Below the pieces are notes generated by a model. It was not told where the DNA came from. It was given only the letters and a program-made list of their open reading frames with translations, and ran no database searches. This document shows positions 45,143 through 54,533 of a stretch of DNA of 63,929 nucleotides, one piece after another. Numbering within the stretch: the first letter of the stretch is position 1; each line of letters starts with the position of its first letter. The translations under genes were made by a program, and so were the position numbers. The DNA is from Akkermansia muciniphila (GTDB lineage Bacteria > Pseudomonadota > Gammaproteobacteria > Enterobacterales > Succinivibrionaceae): contig CAVFIO010000001.1 of the NCBI GenBank assembly GCA_963622535.1, forward strand, positions 8,141 through 72,069. The letters run 5' to 3'.

Positions 45143-46138
45143 ATGGCAGACTGCGATCTAAGCGTAATAGGTGCCGGGTCCTACGGCACCTCTTTGGCAA
45201 TTTCCGCAGCATCCAAAGGTCTGCGCGTGGTGCTTTGGGACAGAAATCCCAAGCGGGCGCAGGCTATGCAGGAGGAGCGCCAGAATTCTCAATATCTTCC
45301 GGGTATTAAGTTTCCTGATCCGCTTACGGTAACCTCATCTCTTGAGGAGGCCGTGAAGGCTTCGTTACGTCTCTTGATAGTGGTTCCATCAGTAACCTTC
45401 AGAGATGTAGTCACTGCTGTTTCTGCCTATATCACTCCCAGACATGCTTTGGCATGGGCAACCAAGGGCTTATCGTCAGAGGGGAGATTTCTTTCCGATG
45501 TTGCCCGTGAGTGCCTGCCTTTTAAGATCCCGCTTGCAGTATTATCAGGTCCTACCTTTGCAAAGGAATTAGCCAAGGGACTGCCTACAGCTATATCAGT
45601 TGCAGGTGATCCGTCATCTTTTGCTCAGGAGATCTGTGAGCTAATGCATACCCCTATGTTTAGACTGTACGTAAGTAGTGATCTTATCGGTTTGCAGATT
45701 GGTGGGGCAGTTAAGAATGTGATTGCAATTGCCGCGGGCATGTCTGATGGTTTGGGCTATGGTGCTAATGCCCGTACAGCTGTTATCACAAGGGGACTAG
45801 CTGAGATGGTACGCCTGGGTGTTGCCTGTGGAGCTTCAGAGCGTTCCTTTATGGGCTTATCAGGTTTTGGTGATCTCATTCTTACCTGCACTGACAATCA
45901 ATCGCGCAACCGCCGCTTCGGTGTAATGATGGGGCAGGGCAGACAGCTTGGTGATGCCTTACAGGAAATAGGTCAGGTTGTTGAAGGTTATGCCATGGTA
46001 TCAGTTGTACATGAGTTTGCAGCCTCTCTTGGCGTGGAGATGCCGATTTGTACAGAGCTTTATGAAGTTCTTTATCGTGGAAAAAATGGTGCTGATGCAG
46101 CCCGCTCTCTTTTAACTCGCGATTTAACATGTGAATAG
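45143..46138 (+). CDS. gpsA: NAD(P)H-dependent glycerol-3-phosphate dehydrogenase
   Basis: GAGSYGT, SGPTFA.E, GGAVKNV.AIA.G, GDL.LTC...QSRN. Confidence 0.96.
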   Translation: MADCDLSVIGAGSYGTSLAISAASKGLRVVLWDRNPKRAQAMQEERQNSQYLPGIKFPDPLTVTSSLEEAVKASLRLLIVVPSVTFRDVVTAVSAYITPRHALAWATKGLSSEGRFLSDVARECLPFKIPLAVLSGPTFAKELAKGLPTAISVAGDPSSFAQEICELMHTPMFRLYVSSDLIGLQIGGAVKNVIAIAAGMSDGLGYGANARTAVITRGLAEMVRLGVACGASERSFMGLSGFGDLILTCTDNQSRNRRFGVMMGQGRQLGDALQEIGQVVEGYAMVSVVHEFAASLGVEMPICTELYEVLYRGKNGADAARSLLTRDLTCE

Positions 46139-46210
46139 GATCAGGGGCTGACGCTTCTGGTTTTTCTTCTTGTCCTTACTGCATTTCATTGCTGTGTAGC
46201 AACTATAAAT

Positions 46211-46238
46211 AAAAAGGCAGGACCTGTAATCCTGCCTT
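46211..46238 (-). terminator. Terminator of the sugar-binding protein gene
   Basis: AAGGCAGGA-cctgtaa-TCCTGCCTT with an A run. Confidence 0.7.
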
Positions 46239-46263
46239 ATCAGACTTCTTGTTATGCTACTGA

Positions 46264-47403
46264 TTATTTAGCACGTGCAGCAGCATCGGCAACTGACAGC
46301 TTGGCAGCAGCAGCCTCAAGTCCTGCGATGTCAAGCTTTGACATCTCAACTAACTCCTCAGAGGTATAAGGGAGCTGCTTGACGAAGTACTGGTCGTAAC
46401 CCTCGAAGTCCTTGGTGGAGGATACGAAGAGGTAAGGGAACTTGAAGTCCTCAAACTTACCCTCGAAGTCCTTGTACTCGCCCTTGATGGCATTGTAGGT
46501 CATCATGAAGGCAAACAGAGGATCGCAGAAGTGACCACCTGACTCGCCAGCCATTGAGCCATTAGCCAGACGCTCGCCCAGATCAGGGAGGAAGTCTGTT
46601 GAAACGATGTGGATCTTGCCAGTCTTACCGGCACGCTCAACAGCAGCAATGGCACCCTGTAAAGGATCACCGCCACCACCTGCAGGGATCAAGGCATCAA
46701 GCTTAGGATTGGCAGCCATCAAAGCTTCTGCAGCCTTTGAACCGCCTTCAGAGGAGGTACCTGCATACTGAGGCTCAGACAAAGTTACCTGATCATCAGC
46801 GTGGGCCTTGTTCCATTTCTCAACACCTGCTTTGTAGCCAGTCCAGCGGCCTAACCAGGTAGCATCGCCCTGCTCCCAGCCGATCAGGCCGATGTTACGG
46901 CAGCCTTTGTCGATAAGGATGTTGACGAGTTTTTCGCCGTTGTCAGGCTCGTTTTCGTGAACTGCACCGATATAGTAAGGAGAATCAACAGCCATCTTAT
47001 AGATGTCAGGAGATGCCTCCTTGGAGATGATACGGAAGAACTGAGTCAGATAGATTTCGTACTCGTTTGCAGTCTTAATTGCGGAGGTCATTTCAGTGTC
47101 AGATGCGTTGCAGATTATTACGCCCTGGCATCCCGCTGCAGCTAACTGCTCTACTGAAGCGGTAACTTTCTCAGAGATGTGACCCTGATCGACGTACTGA
47201 ACCTGAACGCCGAGAGACTCTGCTGCTTTGTCGAGGATACGCTTGCACTGAGAGCCGAGAACGTCGGTTGATGACCAGATGGAAACACCGATCTTAATTT
47301 CGCTGTTTTCAATAGCCTGTGCGCTAGTAGAAAAACCTGCGATGCTGGCTGCTAAGGTGGTGCAGGCAACAGCAAATGCTACTTTCTTCAAGGTAAATTT
47401 CAT
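46264..47403 (-). CDS. Sugar ABC transporter periplasmic binding protein (RbsB-like fold)
   Basis: Sec signal ending AQA; peripla_BP-type pattern; divergent from the permease and ATPase genes. Confidence 0.85.
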   Translation of the reverse strand: MKFTLKKVAFAVACTTLAASIAGFSTSAQAIENSEIKIGVSIWSSTDVLGSQCKRILDKAAESLGVQVQYVDQGHISEKVTASVEQLAAAGCQGVIICNASDTEMTSAIKTANEYEIYLTQFFRIISKEASPDIYKMAVDSPYYIGAVHENEPDNGEKLVNILIDKGCRNIGLIGWEQGDATWLGRWTGYKAGVEKWNKAHADDQVTLSEPQYAGTSSEGGSKAAEALMAANPKLDALIPAGGGGDPLQGAIAAVERAGKTGKIHIVSTDFLPDLGERLANGSMAGESGGHFCDPLFAFMMTYNAIKGEYKDFEGKFEDFKFPYLFVSSTKDFEGYDQYFVKQLPYTSEELVEMSKLDIAGLEAAAAKLSVADAAARAK

Positions 47404-47806
47404 ATTTTTATTTCCCTATGTTGTTACAGCTGACTTCCGCAAGCTGAATTGTTGGGGAGTGTTATCCAAAGTATATGGTTCGCACTGATACCCTCTGGTT
47501 TCAATTGTAGAAAAAATATGCCACCGTAAACGTGTGCGAAGATCACATTTTTATTAAATTGTTGCCAGAATAAGTGGGATTCAGGGTAAAAAAAATAATA
47601 ACACACTGATATAAAAGCGAAAAACTGTTAGAAAGAATTTTTTCTTAGTTTTGTAGGCTTGTTACGGTTCACAATTTTGTAAACGTTAAGTGTCGAAATG
47701 ACACGGTAGCAACCGCAACTTAGTGAAAATCCTTTAAATAGTAAACAGTTAATTAAAAAAACAGGCATTTATATGCGTTTTTTTATATAAGATTATTTAT
47801 TTTAAA

Positions 47807-47828
47807 AAATGTGATCTGGTTCAAAAAA
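47807..47828. promoter_or_regulatory. CRP-like site in the divergent sugar promoter region
   Basis: AAATGTGATCTGGTTCAAAAAA versus TGTGA-N6-TCACA; second half-site AGATCACATTT at 47540-47550. Confidence 0.55.
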
Positions 47829-47871
47829 AGAGATAAATTTAGTTCAAAAACGTGCGTTCCTCCTAAAAATC

Positions 47872-47883
47872 GCAAGCGGTTGC
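47872..47883. promoter_or_regulatory. LacI-family-like operator
   Basis: GCAAGCGGTTGC near-palindrome with central CG; inverted partial copy GCAACCGC at 47709-47716. Confidence 0.4.
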
Positions 47884-48082
47884 ATTGATTTTACAGCAAG
47901 GCCATTTAAGCTATTTAGTACAACGGGGAGAGACCTGTGTCTTTTGTGTCAGGCGTAATAGCACAAAAGGGTAAACATTTAGTTATAACTAAGGTCGATG
48001 TCCAAAAACTAATAACAACGCATCTGTATGTGAAACAAAACCGTTTCCTGTAGCGCCATCAGATGTGGTCGGGTAAAACAAT

Positions 48083-49033
48083 ATGACTGGATTCAAAAAC
48101 CTGTCCGGAGCTACCAAAGGCTATATCGTGTTGATTGCCTTGGTATTCCTGTCCTGGGCGATTTTCAAGGTGCTCACCCCTGACAACTTTGGTTCGCCTT
48201 CTAACCTGCTTAGCTATTTTCAAGCGAGTTTAATCACTACTGTTGGTGCTGTTGGCTTCTATTTCGTGATGGATATGGGGCTGTTCGACTTCTCCATTGG
48301 TGCCAACATCATTTTGTCCGGCATTATCGGATGTCAGTTGGCAACAGGCTTGGATTTAGGTTACTTCGGATTGGTTGTGGGCTGTCTTGTAACAGGTGCT
48401 CTGGTTGGCTTGTGCAACGGTTATTTCTATGTGAAGCTGCGCATTCCCTCCATGATCGTAACTGCAGGCTTGGCTCTTATTTATGAATCCCTGGCAAACT
48501 ATATGGCAGGTGGTGTCGAGCAGACTCTGCCTTCAAACCTCCGTGGCTTCGGTTCCATGCCCGGTAACATCATTCTTGCAGTGATTACCTTTGTGCTTGC
48601 CTACGTCATTCTCAATTACACCAGATTTGGTACTTATACCTATGCTATCGGCTCAGATGAGTTTGTAGCTAAGAATATGGGTATTAATGTTAACAAGTAC
48701 AAGATCCTGGCCTTCATCCTTTCAGGTGCTTTCTTCGGCGCAATGGCTATTTTGACCATTTCCTACGGTTCATCAATGGTCGCTGTAACCGGTATGGCCT
48801 CCATGTCCCGTAACTTTATTCCGACCATGGGCTGCTTCTTCGGCTTGGCCTTCATGAAGTACGGTATTCCTTTGCAGGCCATCATCTTAGGTGAGTTTAT
48901 TGTTAACATCATCTTCTTCGGCTTCATCTCTCTAGGCGCGCCTACAGCTATTCAGGACGTTATCACCGGTTTGGCTTTGCTCGTCATCATCACTCTGACC
49001 ACCAAGGTTACCAAGGGTGAAATTGTTAAATAA
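48083..49033 (+). CDS. Sugar ABC transporter permease 1 (RbsC family)
   Basis: DFSIG, G..NG....KLRIPS.IVT, TRFG...YAIG. Confidence 0.9.
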   Translation: MTGFKNLSGATKGYIVLIALVFLSWAIFKVLTPDNFGSPSNLLSYFQASLITTVGAVGFYFVMDMGLFDFSIGANIILSGIIGCQLATGLDLGYFGLVVGCLVTGALVGLCNGYFYVKLRIPSMIVTAGLALIYESLANYMAGGVEQTLPSNLRGFGSMPGNIILAVITFVLAYVILNYTRFGTYTYAIGSDEFVAKNMGINVNKYKILAFILSGAFFGAMAILTISYGSSMVAVTGMASMSRNFIPTMGCFFGLAFMKYGIPLQAIILGEFIVNIIFFGFISLGAPTAIQDVITGLALLVIITLTTKVTKGEIVK

Positions 49034-49044
49034 GAGGCGAGAAA

Positions 49045-50580
49045 ATGAGCAATATTAATTTACAGAAAAATAGCGAAGTAAGATTACAGGTTGAGAATAT
49101 CTCCAAGAGCTTCGGTATTACTAAGGCCTTGAAGGGCGTTTCCTTCAATATCAATAAGGGTGAGGTTCACGCTCTGATTGGTGAAAACGGCTCTGGTAAA
49201 TCAACTCTTACCAATATGCTCTGCGGTATCTACAGCATGGATCCAGGCTGTGGCAGATTCATTCTGGATGGTGAAGAGATCCACTCTAAAAACCAGGTTG
49301 ATGCTAATAATCACGGTATCTCCATTATCGTGCAGGAGCTTGGTACTCTCTCTGGTCTTACCGTTGCCGAGAACATTTTCCTGGGCCATGAGGAGCGTTT
49401 CATTCACGGTGGCGTATTCCGTAATACAGTGGCTATGAATGCTGAGGCTGACCGTCTCTTAAAGCAGTATGGCTTTGACAGAATTAAAGGCTCAGATCTT
49501 GTTGATAACTACAACTTCGAGGACCGCAAGTTAATTGAGATCGTTAAGGCAACATATTTCAAGCCAAAGATTGTTGTTATTGACGAAACCACCACCGCCC
49601 TGTCTCAAGAAGGTCGTGAAGAGCTCTATAAGCATATGAACCGCATCCGTGAGGAAGGCGGTACGGTGATCTTCATTTCCCACGATCTCCCTGAGGTGCT
49701 GGATAAATCCGACACCATTACTATTTTGCGTGATGGTACCTATATCGATACCGTCAAGAGCTCTGATGTTACGGAGGAAGACATCAAGAAGCTGATGGTA
49801 GGCCGTGAGATGACCGGTAACTACTATCGCGCTGATTACGGTGAGAAGATTTCTGATGAGGTTGTGCTTTCAGTTCGGAATGTAACCGTACCCGGCATCA
49901 TTCACGATGTAAGCTTTGATTTGCACAAGGGTGAAATTTTAGGCTTCGGTGGTCTGTCAGAGTCTGGAATGCATGAGATTGGCAAGGCAATCTTTGGTGC
50001 AAGCTTTGACCGTGAGGGCTCAGTAACCCTTGCAGACGGTACAGCCATTAACGATATTCCAACTGCAATTAAGAATTCAATTGCATATACCTCCAAGGAC
50101 CGTGATAACGAATCCATCGTTATCAACCAGTCAATTCGCGACAACATCGCATTGCCATCCCTCAATAAGCTGACTGTTGGCAAGACCAAGTTCATTTCCT
50201 GGTCCAAGATCAAGGAATTTGCCCAGAAGTTTGCCAAGGAGATGTCAGTTAAGATGCAGAACACTGACCAGTTCGTATCTGAGCTCTCCGGCGGCAATAA
50301 GCAGAAGGTTGTGCTTGCCCGCTGGATTGGTAAGGGCTCTGATCTGGTGGTGCTCGATTCTCCTACCCGCGGTATCGACATCAAGGTCAAGCAGGATATT
50401 TATCAGCTTATGGATGAAATGAGAAAACAAGGTAAGTCCATCATCATGATCTCAGAGGAGCTCATGGAACTTATCGGTATGTGTGACCGCATTATCATCA
50501 TGAAAGATGGCGCGCTCAACGGCGAAACCCTTCGTAGTAAAGACCTCAATGAACATTCATTGATTTCAATGATGGTTTAA
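49045..50580 (+). CDS. Sugar ABC transporter ATPase (two fused NBDs, RbsA family)
   Basis: GENGSGKST, ISH, LSGGNKQKVVLARW, PTRGID. Confidence 0.93.
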   Translation: MSNINLQKNSEVRLQVENISKSFGITKALKGVSFNINKGEVHALIGENGSGKSTLTNMLCGIYSMDPGCGRFILDGEEIHSKNQVDANNHGISIIVQELGTLSGLTVAENIFLGHEERFIHGGVFRNTVAMNAEADRLLKQYGFDRIKGSDLVDNYNFEDRKLIEIVKATYFKPKIVVIDETTTALSQEGREELYKHMNRIREEGGTVIFISHDLPEVLDKSDTITILRDGTYIDTVKSSDVTEEDIKKLMVGREMTGNYYRADYGEKISDEVVLSVRNVTVPGIIHDVSFDLHKGEILGFGGLSESGMHEIGKAIFGASFDREGSVTLADGTAINDIPTAIKNSIAYTSKDRDNESIVINQSIRDNIALPSLNKLTVGKTKFISWSKIKEFAQKFAKEMSVKMQNTDQFVSELSGGNKQKVVLARWIGKGSDLVVLDSPTRGIDIKVKQDIYQLMDEMRKQGKSIIMISEELMELIGMCDRIIIMKDGALNGETLRSKDLNEHSLISMMV

Positions 50581-50596
50581 TAGAGGAGGAATAATC

Positions 50597-51562
50597 ATGA
50601 CTGAAGCTACTGTAGATATTCAGAAATTAAATCAGCTTAAGAAGCAGCGTACCTGGAGATTAGTGCGTGCCTTATTGCCTATTGCAGGCCTAATTATCAT
50701 GTTCATTCTGTTTAACTTCTTAACAGACGGAAGAATGATAAAGCGCTTACCTCTGGTTATGTCTCAGGTATATGTAACCATGATTGCCTCCATGGGTGTG
50801 TTCTTTATTATGTCGATGGGAGGTTTGGACTTCTCTCAGGGCTCAATCTTAGGTCTGTCTGCAATTGTCATATGCATGCTTTCTCATTACAGCATACCTT
50901 TGGCTGTTGTCGGCGGTATCTGTACTGGTGGTTGCATCGGCGCAATTAACGGTTATTTCTATGTGAACAGGAAGATTAAATCGTTCATTGTGACAATCTG
51001 CACCATGTTCCTGTTCCGCGGCTTGATTAAGTTCTTAACCACCAATTCACCTGTTGCAGGCTCTGCAGCTCTTGTTCAGATTGACTCTACCACCTTCAAG
51101 GTAACTGTTACTGCTATTGTGGTTCTGATTGGCTTTGTAGCTTTCACTTTCACTCGTTTTGGTACTGATTTAAGAGCAATTGGCGCAGGCGAAAAGGCTG
51201 CTAAATTCTCTGGTATTCGTACCGATCGTATGAAGTTCTTCGTCTACGTATTAGCAGGCTGCATCACCGGCTTTGCAGCCTTTATGTCAGCAATCAAGGT
51301 CGGCTCTGTTACTTCCTCAGGCGGTAATCAGCTTGAGACCCAGATCCTCATCGCACTGGTGTTAGGTGGTATGCCTATCTCCGGTGGTGCCATGGTTCGC
51401 TTCTCAAATTGCGTAGTTGGTTCACTGCTCTATGTGATCTTAATTTCCGGTCTCAATATGATTGGCTTTACCACTCAGATGATGCAGCTCATTCAGGGCA
51501 TTATCTTCCTGGTATTCGTGGCCATCTTTGCAGATCGTGATTCACTTACTGTTATCAAGTAA
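50597..51562 (+). CDS. Sugar ABC transporter permease 2
   Basis: GGLDFS.G, SFIVT, TRFG..LRAIG...AA..SGI, A.VLGG...SGG. Confidence 0.9.
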   Translation: MTEATVDIQKLNQLKKQRTWRLVRALLPIAGLIIMFILFNFLTDGRMIKRLPLVMSQVYVTMIASMGVFFIMSMGGLDFSQGSILGLSAIVICMLSHYSIPLAVVGGICTGGCIGAINGYFYVNRKIKSFIVTICTMFLFRGLIKFLTTNSPVAGSAALVQIDSTTFKVTVTAIVVLIGFVAFTFTRFGTDLRAIGAGEKAAKFSGIRTDRMKFFVYVLAGCITGFAAFMSAIKVGSVTSSGGNQLETQILIALVLGGMPISGGAMVRFSNCVVGSLLYVILISGLNMIGFTTQMMQLIQGIIFLVFVAIFADRDSLTVIK

Positions 51563-51570
51563 TTTTTAAC

Positions 51571-51596
51571 CTCTCCGCATAAGCGGAGAGTTTTTT
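51571..51596 (+). terminator. Intrinsic terminator between the permease and araA
   Basis: CTCTCCGC-ataa-GCGGAGAG-TTTTTT. Confidence 0.75.
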
Positions 51597-51631
51597 AGGT
51601 TTCTTACTTTATTTATAGAAGGTAAATACAG

Positions 51632-53068
51632 ATGGATAAGCTTTATTTCGTCGTTGGTTCTCAGGATCTCTACGGTGATGAGTGCTTAAAGCAGGTTGCT
51701 GCAGATGCAGCTCGCATGACTGCATTCTTTAATGAAAAATTTAAGGGAATTTGTGAAGTTGAGTTATTACCTACTGTAGTTAACTCTGAAGCATGCATCG
51801 CTGATCTGCGGAAGGTTTCCTGTGATGATGACTGCATCGGTGTTATGACCTGGATGCACACCTTCTCTCCTGCAAAGATGTGGATCAAGGGCTTACAGGA
51901 ATTAAGAAAGCCTTTGCTGCACTTACACACTCAGGCCAATGAGAAGCTTCCTTACGATACTATCGATATGGACTTCATGAATCTGAACCAGGCAGCTCAT
52001 GGTGATCGTGAGTATGGTTTTATTCTTTCCCGTATGCGTATTCCTCACAAGGTTGTTGCCGGCTACTATGAGCATGAGGATGTTTTAGACGAGATCAAGA
52101 AATTCATCGATGTTGCTCGTGCTATCAATTTCTCCAAGCACCTGAAGGTAGCCTCCTTTGGTAACAACATGCGTGAAGTCGCTGTTACCGATGGTGATCG
52201 CGTTGAATCTCAGATTAAATACGGCTGGGAGTGCAACTACTTTGCTTTAGGTGATGTCGTTGAGGTTATCAACGCTGTGACCGAAGCCGAGATCGACGAG
52301 AAGATGGCTGAGTACACCTCCAAGTACATCATGAAGACTGACAAGATCGACGCAGTCCGTGAGCAGGCTAAGTATGAAGTAGGTCTTGAGAAATTCTTAA
52401 AGAAGAATGGTCTCGGAGCTTTTGCTGATACTTTCCAGGATCTCCATGGCTTAAAGCAGTTACCAGGTCTTGCAGCTCAGAACCTTATGGGCAAGGGCAT
52501 TGGCTTTGGTCCTGAGGGTGACTATAAGATTTCCGCTTTCTCTGCAGTGCTTATGGCCATGTCCAAGGGCCGTGAAGGCGTAACCGGCTTCATTGAAGAT
52601 TACACCTACGATTTAACTGCAGGACAGGAGCTTGAGCTTGCATCTCACATGCTTGAGGTTCCCGTAAACTTTGCTGCCACCAAGCCTGAAATTCAGGTTC
52701 TTCCCTTGGGCATTGGCGGTAAAGAGGATCCGGCACGTTTGATCTTCGACGGTGCTGTAGGTGATGGTATTCAGGTTACCTTAGTTGACATGGGTGACCG
52801 TTTCCGTGTGATCTGTGCCGATATCGAGCTTGTTAAGCAGCCTAAGCCTATGCCTAATCTGCCTGTTGCACGTATCATGTATCGTCATAAGCCTAACTTC
52901 CGCATCGGTACTGCTGGCTGGTGCTATGCAGGTGGTGCACATCACAGTGTTGTTTCTACCGCCTTAACCCGTGCTGATATTGCATTGTTCTGCAAACTGA
53001 CTGGTACTGAGTTAATTACCATTGGTGATGACACTACTGAAGCTGATTTGCTCAAGCTTGGTGAATAA
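51632..53068 (+). CDS. araA: L-arabinose isomerase
   Basis: GSQ.LYG, WMHTFSPAKMW, MNLNQAAHGDRE, EGD, EDYTY, HMLEV, GGAHH. Confidence 0.95.
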   Translation: MDKLYFVVGSQDLYGDECLKQVAADAARMTAFFNEKFKGICEVELLPTVVNSEACIADLRKVSCDDDCIGVMTWMHTFSPAKMWIKGLQELRKPLLHLHTQANEKLPYDTIDMDFMNLNQAAHGDREYGFILSRMRIPHKVVAGYYEHEDVLDEIKKFIDVARAINFSKHLKVASFGNNMREVAVTDGDRVESQIKYGWECNYFALGDVVEVINAVTEAEIDEKMAEYTSKYIMKTDKIDAVREQAKYEVGLEKFLKKNGLGAFADTFQDLHGLKQLPGLAAQNLMGKGIGFGPEGDYKISAFSAVLMAMSKGREGVTGFIEDYTYDLTAGQELELASHMLEVPVNFAATKPEIQVLPLGIGGKEDPARLIFDGAVGDGIQVTLVDMGDRFRVICADIELVKQPKPMPNLPVARIMYRHKPNFRIGTAGWCYAGGAHHSVVSTALTRADIALFCKLTGTELITIGDDTTEADLLKLGE

Positions 53069-53109
53069 GATTTTGCCTAAAAACAGAGACGATTGTCCCT
53101 GCTAATGAT

Positions 53110-53144
53110 GAGCCCCTGAGATCTAAGATTTCGGGGGCTTTTTT
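53110..53144 (+). terminator. Terminator of araA
   Basis: GAGCCCCTGAGATC...GATTTCGGGGGCTT plus T run. Confidence 0.75.
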
Positions 53145-53186
53145 CTAGCACTGCTTGTGTAAGATCCTGAAAAAAGCTGATATTAG

Positions 53187-53286
53187 GAAAATGGCGGATA
53201 AATCATAATTTGCGCGCGCTTTTACTTTGCTTTGCTGTAAAACACAGCTCTTTTTTGCACCTCCATAATATAAAAAAATAAAAGTC
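53187..53286. repeat. Non-coding direct repeat, copy 1 (~100 bp)
   Basis: GGCGGATAAATCATA...TTTGCTTTGCTGTAAAAC...TTTTTGCA.CTCCAT...AAAAAATAAAA shared with 53469-53565. Confidence 0.9.
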
Positions 53287-53468
53287 CCGCAAAACGCTTT
53301 CTGAAGCCATTCTGTTGGGATGTTCCTTCCAAACGCATGATAAGCAAAAGTTAAAGAATAGGGGAGGACTTTGGGGCTGTCCTAGGAGTATGGTGCTATC
53401 TTTGCAGAGATGCTAATACTTCACGGGGGCTTGTGTTTGTGTACGATTTTGAAGTCGATCTATGCAAA

Positions 53469-53565
53469 GAAAACGGCGGATAAATCATATTTTGTGCGCG
53501 TTTTTAATTTGCTTTGCTGTAAAACTCAACTCTTTTTGCAACTCCATTAGAAAAAAATAAAAATC
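53469..53565. repeat. Non-coding direct repeat, copy 2
   Basis: Roughly 85% identical by eye to 53187-53286; offset 282 bp. Confidence 0.9.
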
Positions 53566-53615
53566 TTCAGTAGTGGCCTTACTTATGCGCTTTAATATGA
53601 TTTTGTGTCCGAAAT

Positions 53616-53641
53616 AAAAAAAGGAAGGCCTAAGCCTTCCT
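53616..53641 (-). terminator. Terminator of nfuA
   Basis: AGGAAGGC-ctaa-GCCTTCCT with an A7 run. Confidence 0.75.
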
Positions 53642-53662
53642 CCGTTACCTCAAAACCGTTTA

Positions 53663-54256
53663 TTAAGCGTAGGTTTCATCAGTTTTTACGTGTTCGGTAA
53701 CGTCAATGACCTCTTTAACAACACCGGGGAAGGCCTGAACCAACTGGCTCTTAATGCCGTCCTGAAGGGTTAATGATGCCATGGAGCATCCCATGCAACC
53801 GCCTTCAAATTTGACTTTGACCGCGCCGTCTTCTTCTGTGAAATCAACGAACTCCACTGCACCACCGTGACCAGCCAGAGAGGGGCTGACAGTTGCCTCA
53901 ATGAAATGAGCGATCTGATCCTTGATGGTTGCGTTTTCACCCAAAGGATTCTTATTGAGGTTTGGTGCGTGGAAGGTGAGAAGATCCTCATCATTCTCAT
54001 CCTTGCTTAAATCGATGACAGATTCATCAAGATATTCTGCTACGGACTGGTCGATGACGATTTCAAAACCATTCATCTTAAAGTGTTCATCATTTGAGGT
54101 GATGTATTCCTTAGGACAGTATAAAATGCCACATTGAACACCTGGTGTTCCAACATTGGTGGCGGTAAGACGGATAGCCAAGCCCTTCATATTCTGTTTG
54201 TTAATGATGCTAAGGAAATATTCCTGAGCCTTGTCAGATACTGTAATTTTGCTCAT
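53663..54256 (-). CDS. nfuA: Fe-S biogenesis protein NfuA
   Basis: Degenerate ATC N-terminal domain (GTP...C...YCP), P.LA.HGG, GGC.GC. Confidence 0.92.
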   Translation of the reverse strand: MSKITVSDKAQEYFLSIINKQNMKGLAIRLTATNVGTPGVQCGILYCPKEYITSNDEHFKMNGFEIVIDQSVAEYLDESVIDLSKDENDEDLLTFHAPNLNKNPLGENATIKDQIAHFIEATVSPSLAGHGGAVEFVDFTEEDGAVKVKFEGGCMGCSMASLTLQDGIKSQLVQAFPGVVKEVIDVTEHVKTDETYA

Positions 54257-54533
54257 GATGAACCTTAATTTTCTATGCTGTCTGGTAGTAAGAAACAGCT
54301 TTTAATTCTTAAACTTGTAAAATTATACCTTAGTTGTCAAATTTCCGCTTTTGAATGTGAAGAAGAACAAGAATTCCTAAAATCTAGATAAAAGGGAGAA
54401 AACGCAGAGTAATGCGCTTCCATACGAGTACGAAAATTATTCACAAAAGTGCGCGAAACACAAAAAATCCTGTATCATTATCGGAGCAATTTTTGAAAAC
54501 CGAGAATCTCGGATTTTTTTGGAGAAAACACTA

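Noticed and set aside
53187..53565. Direct repeats as a CRISPR array
   Set aside because: Only two ~100-bp imperfect units with a ~180-bp gap and no cas genes
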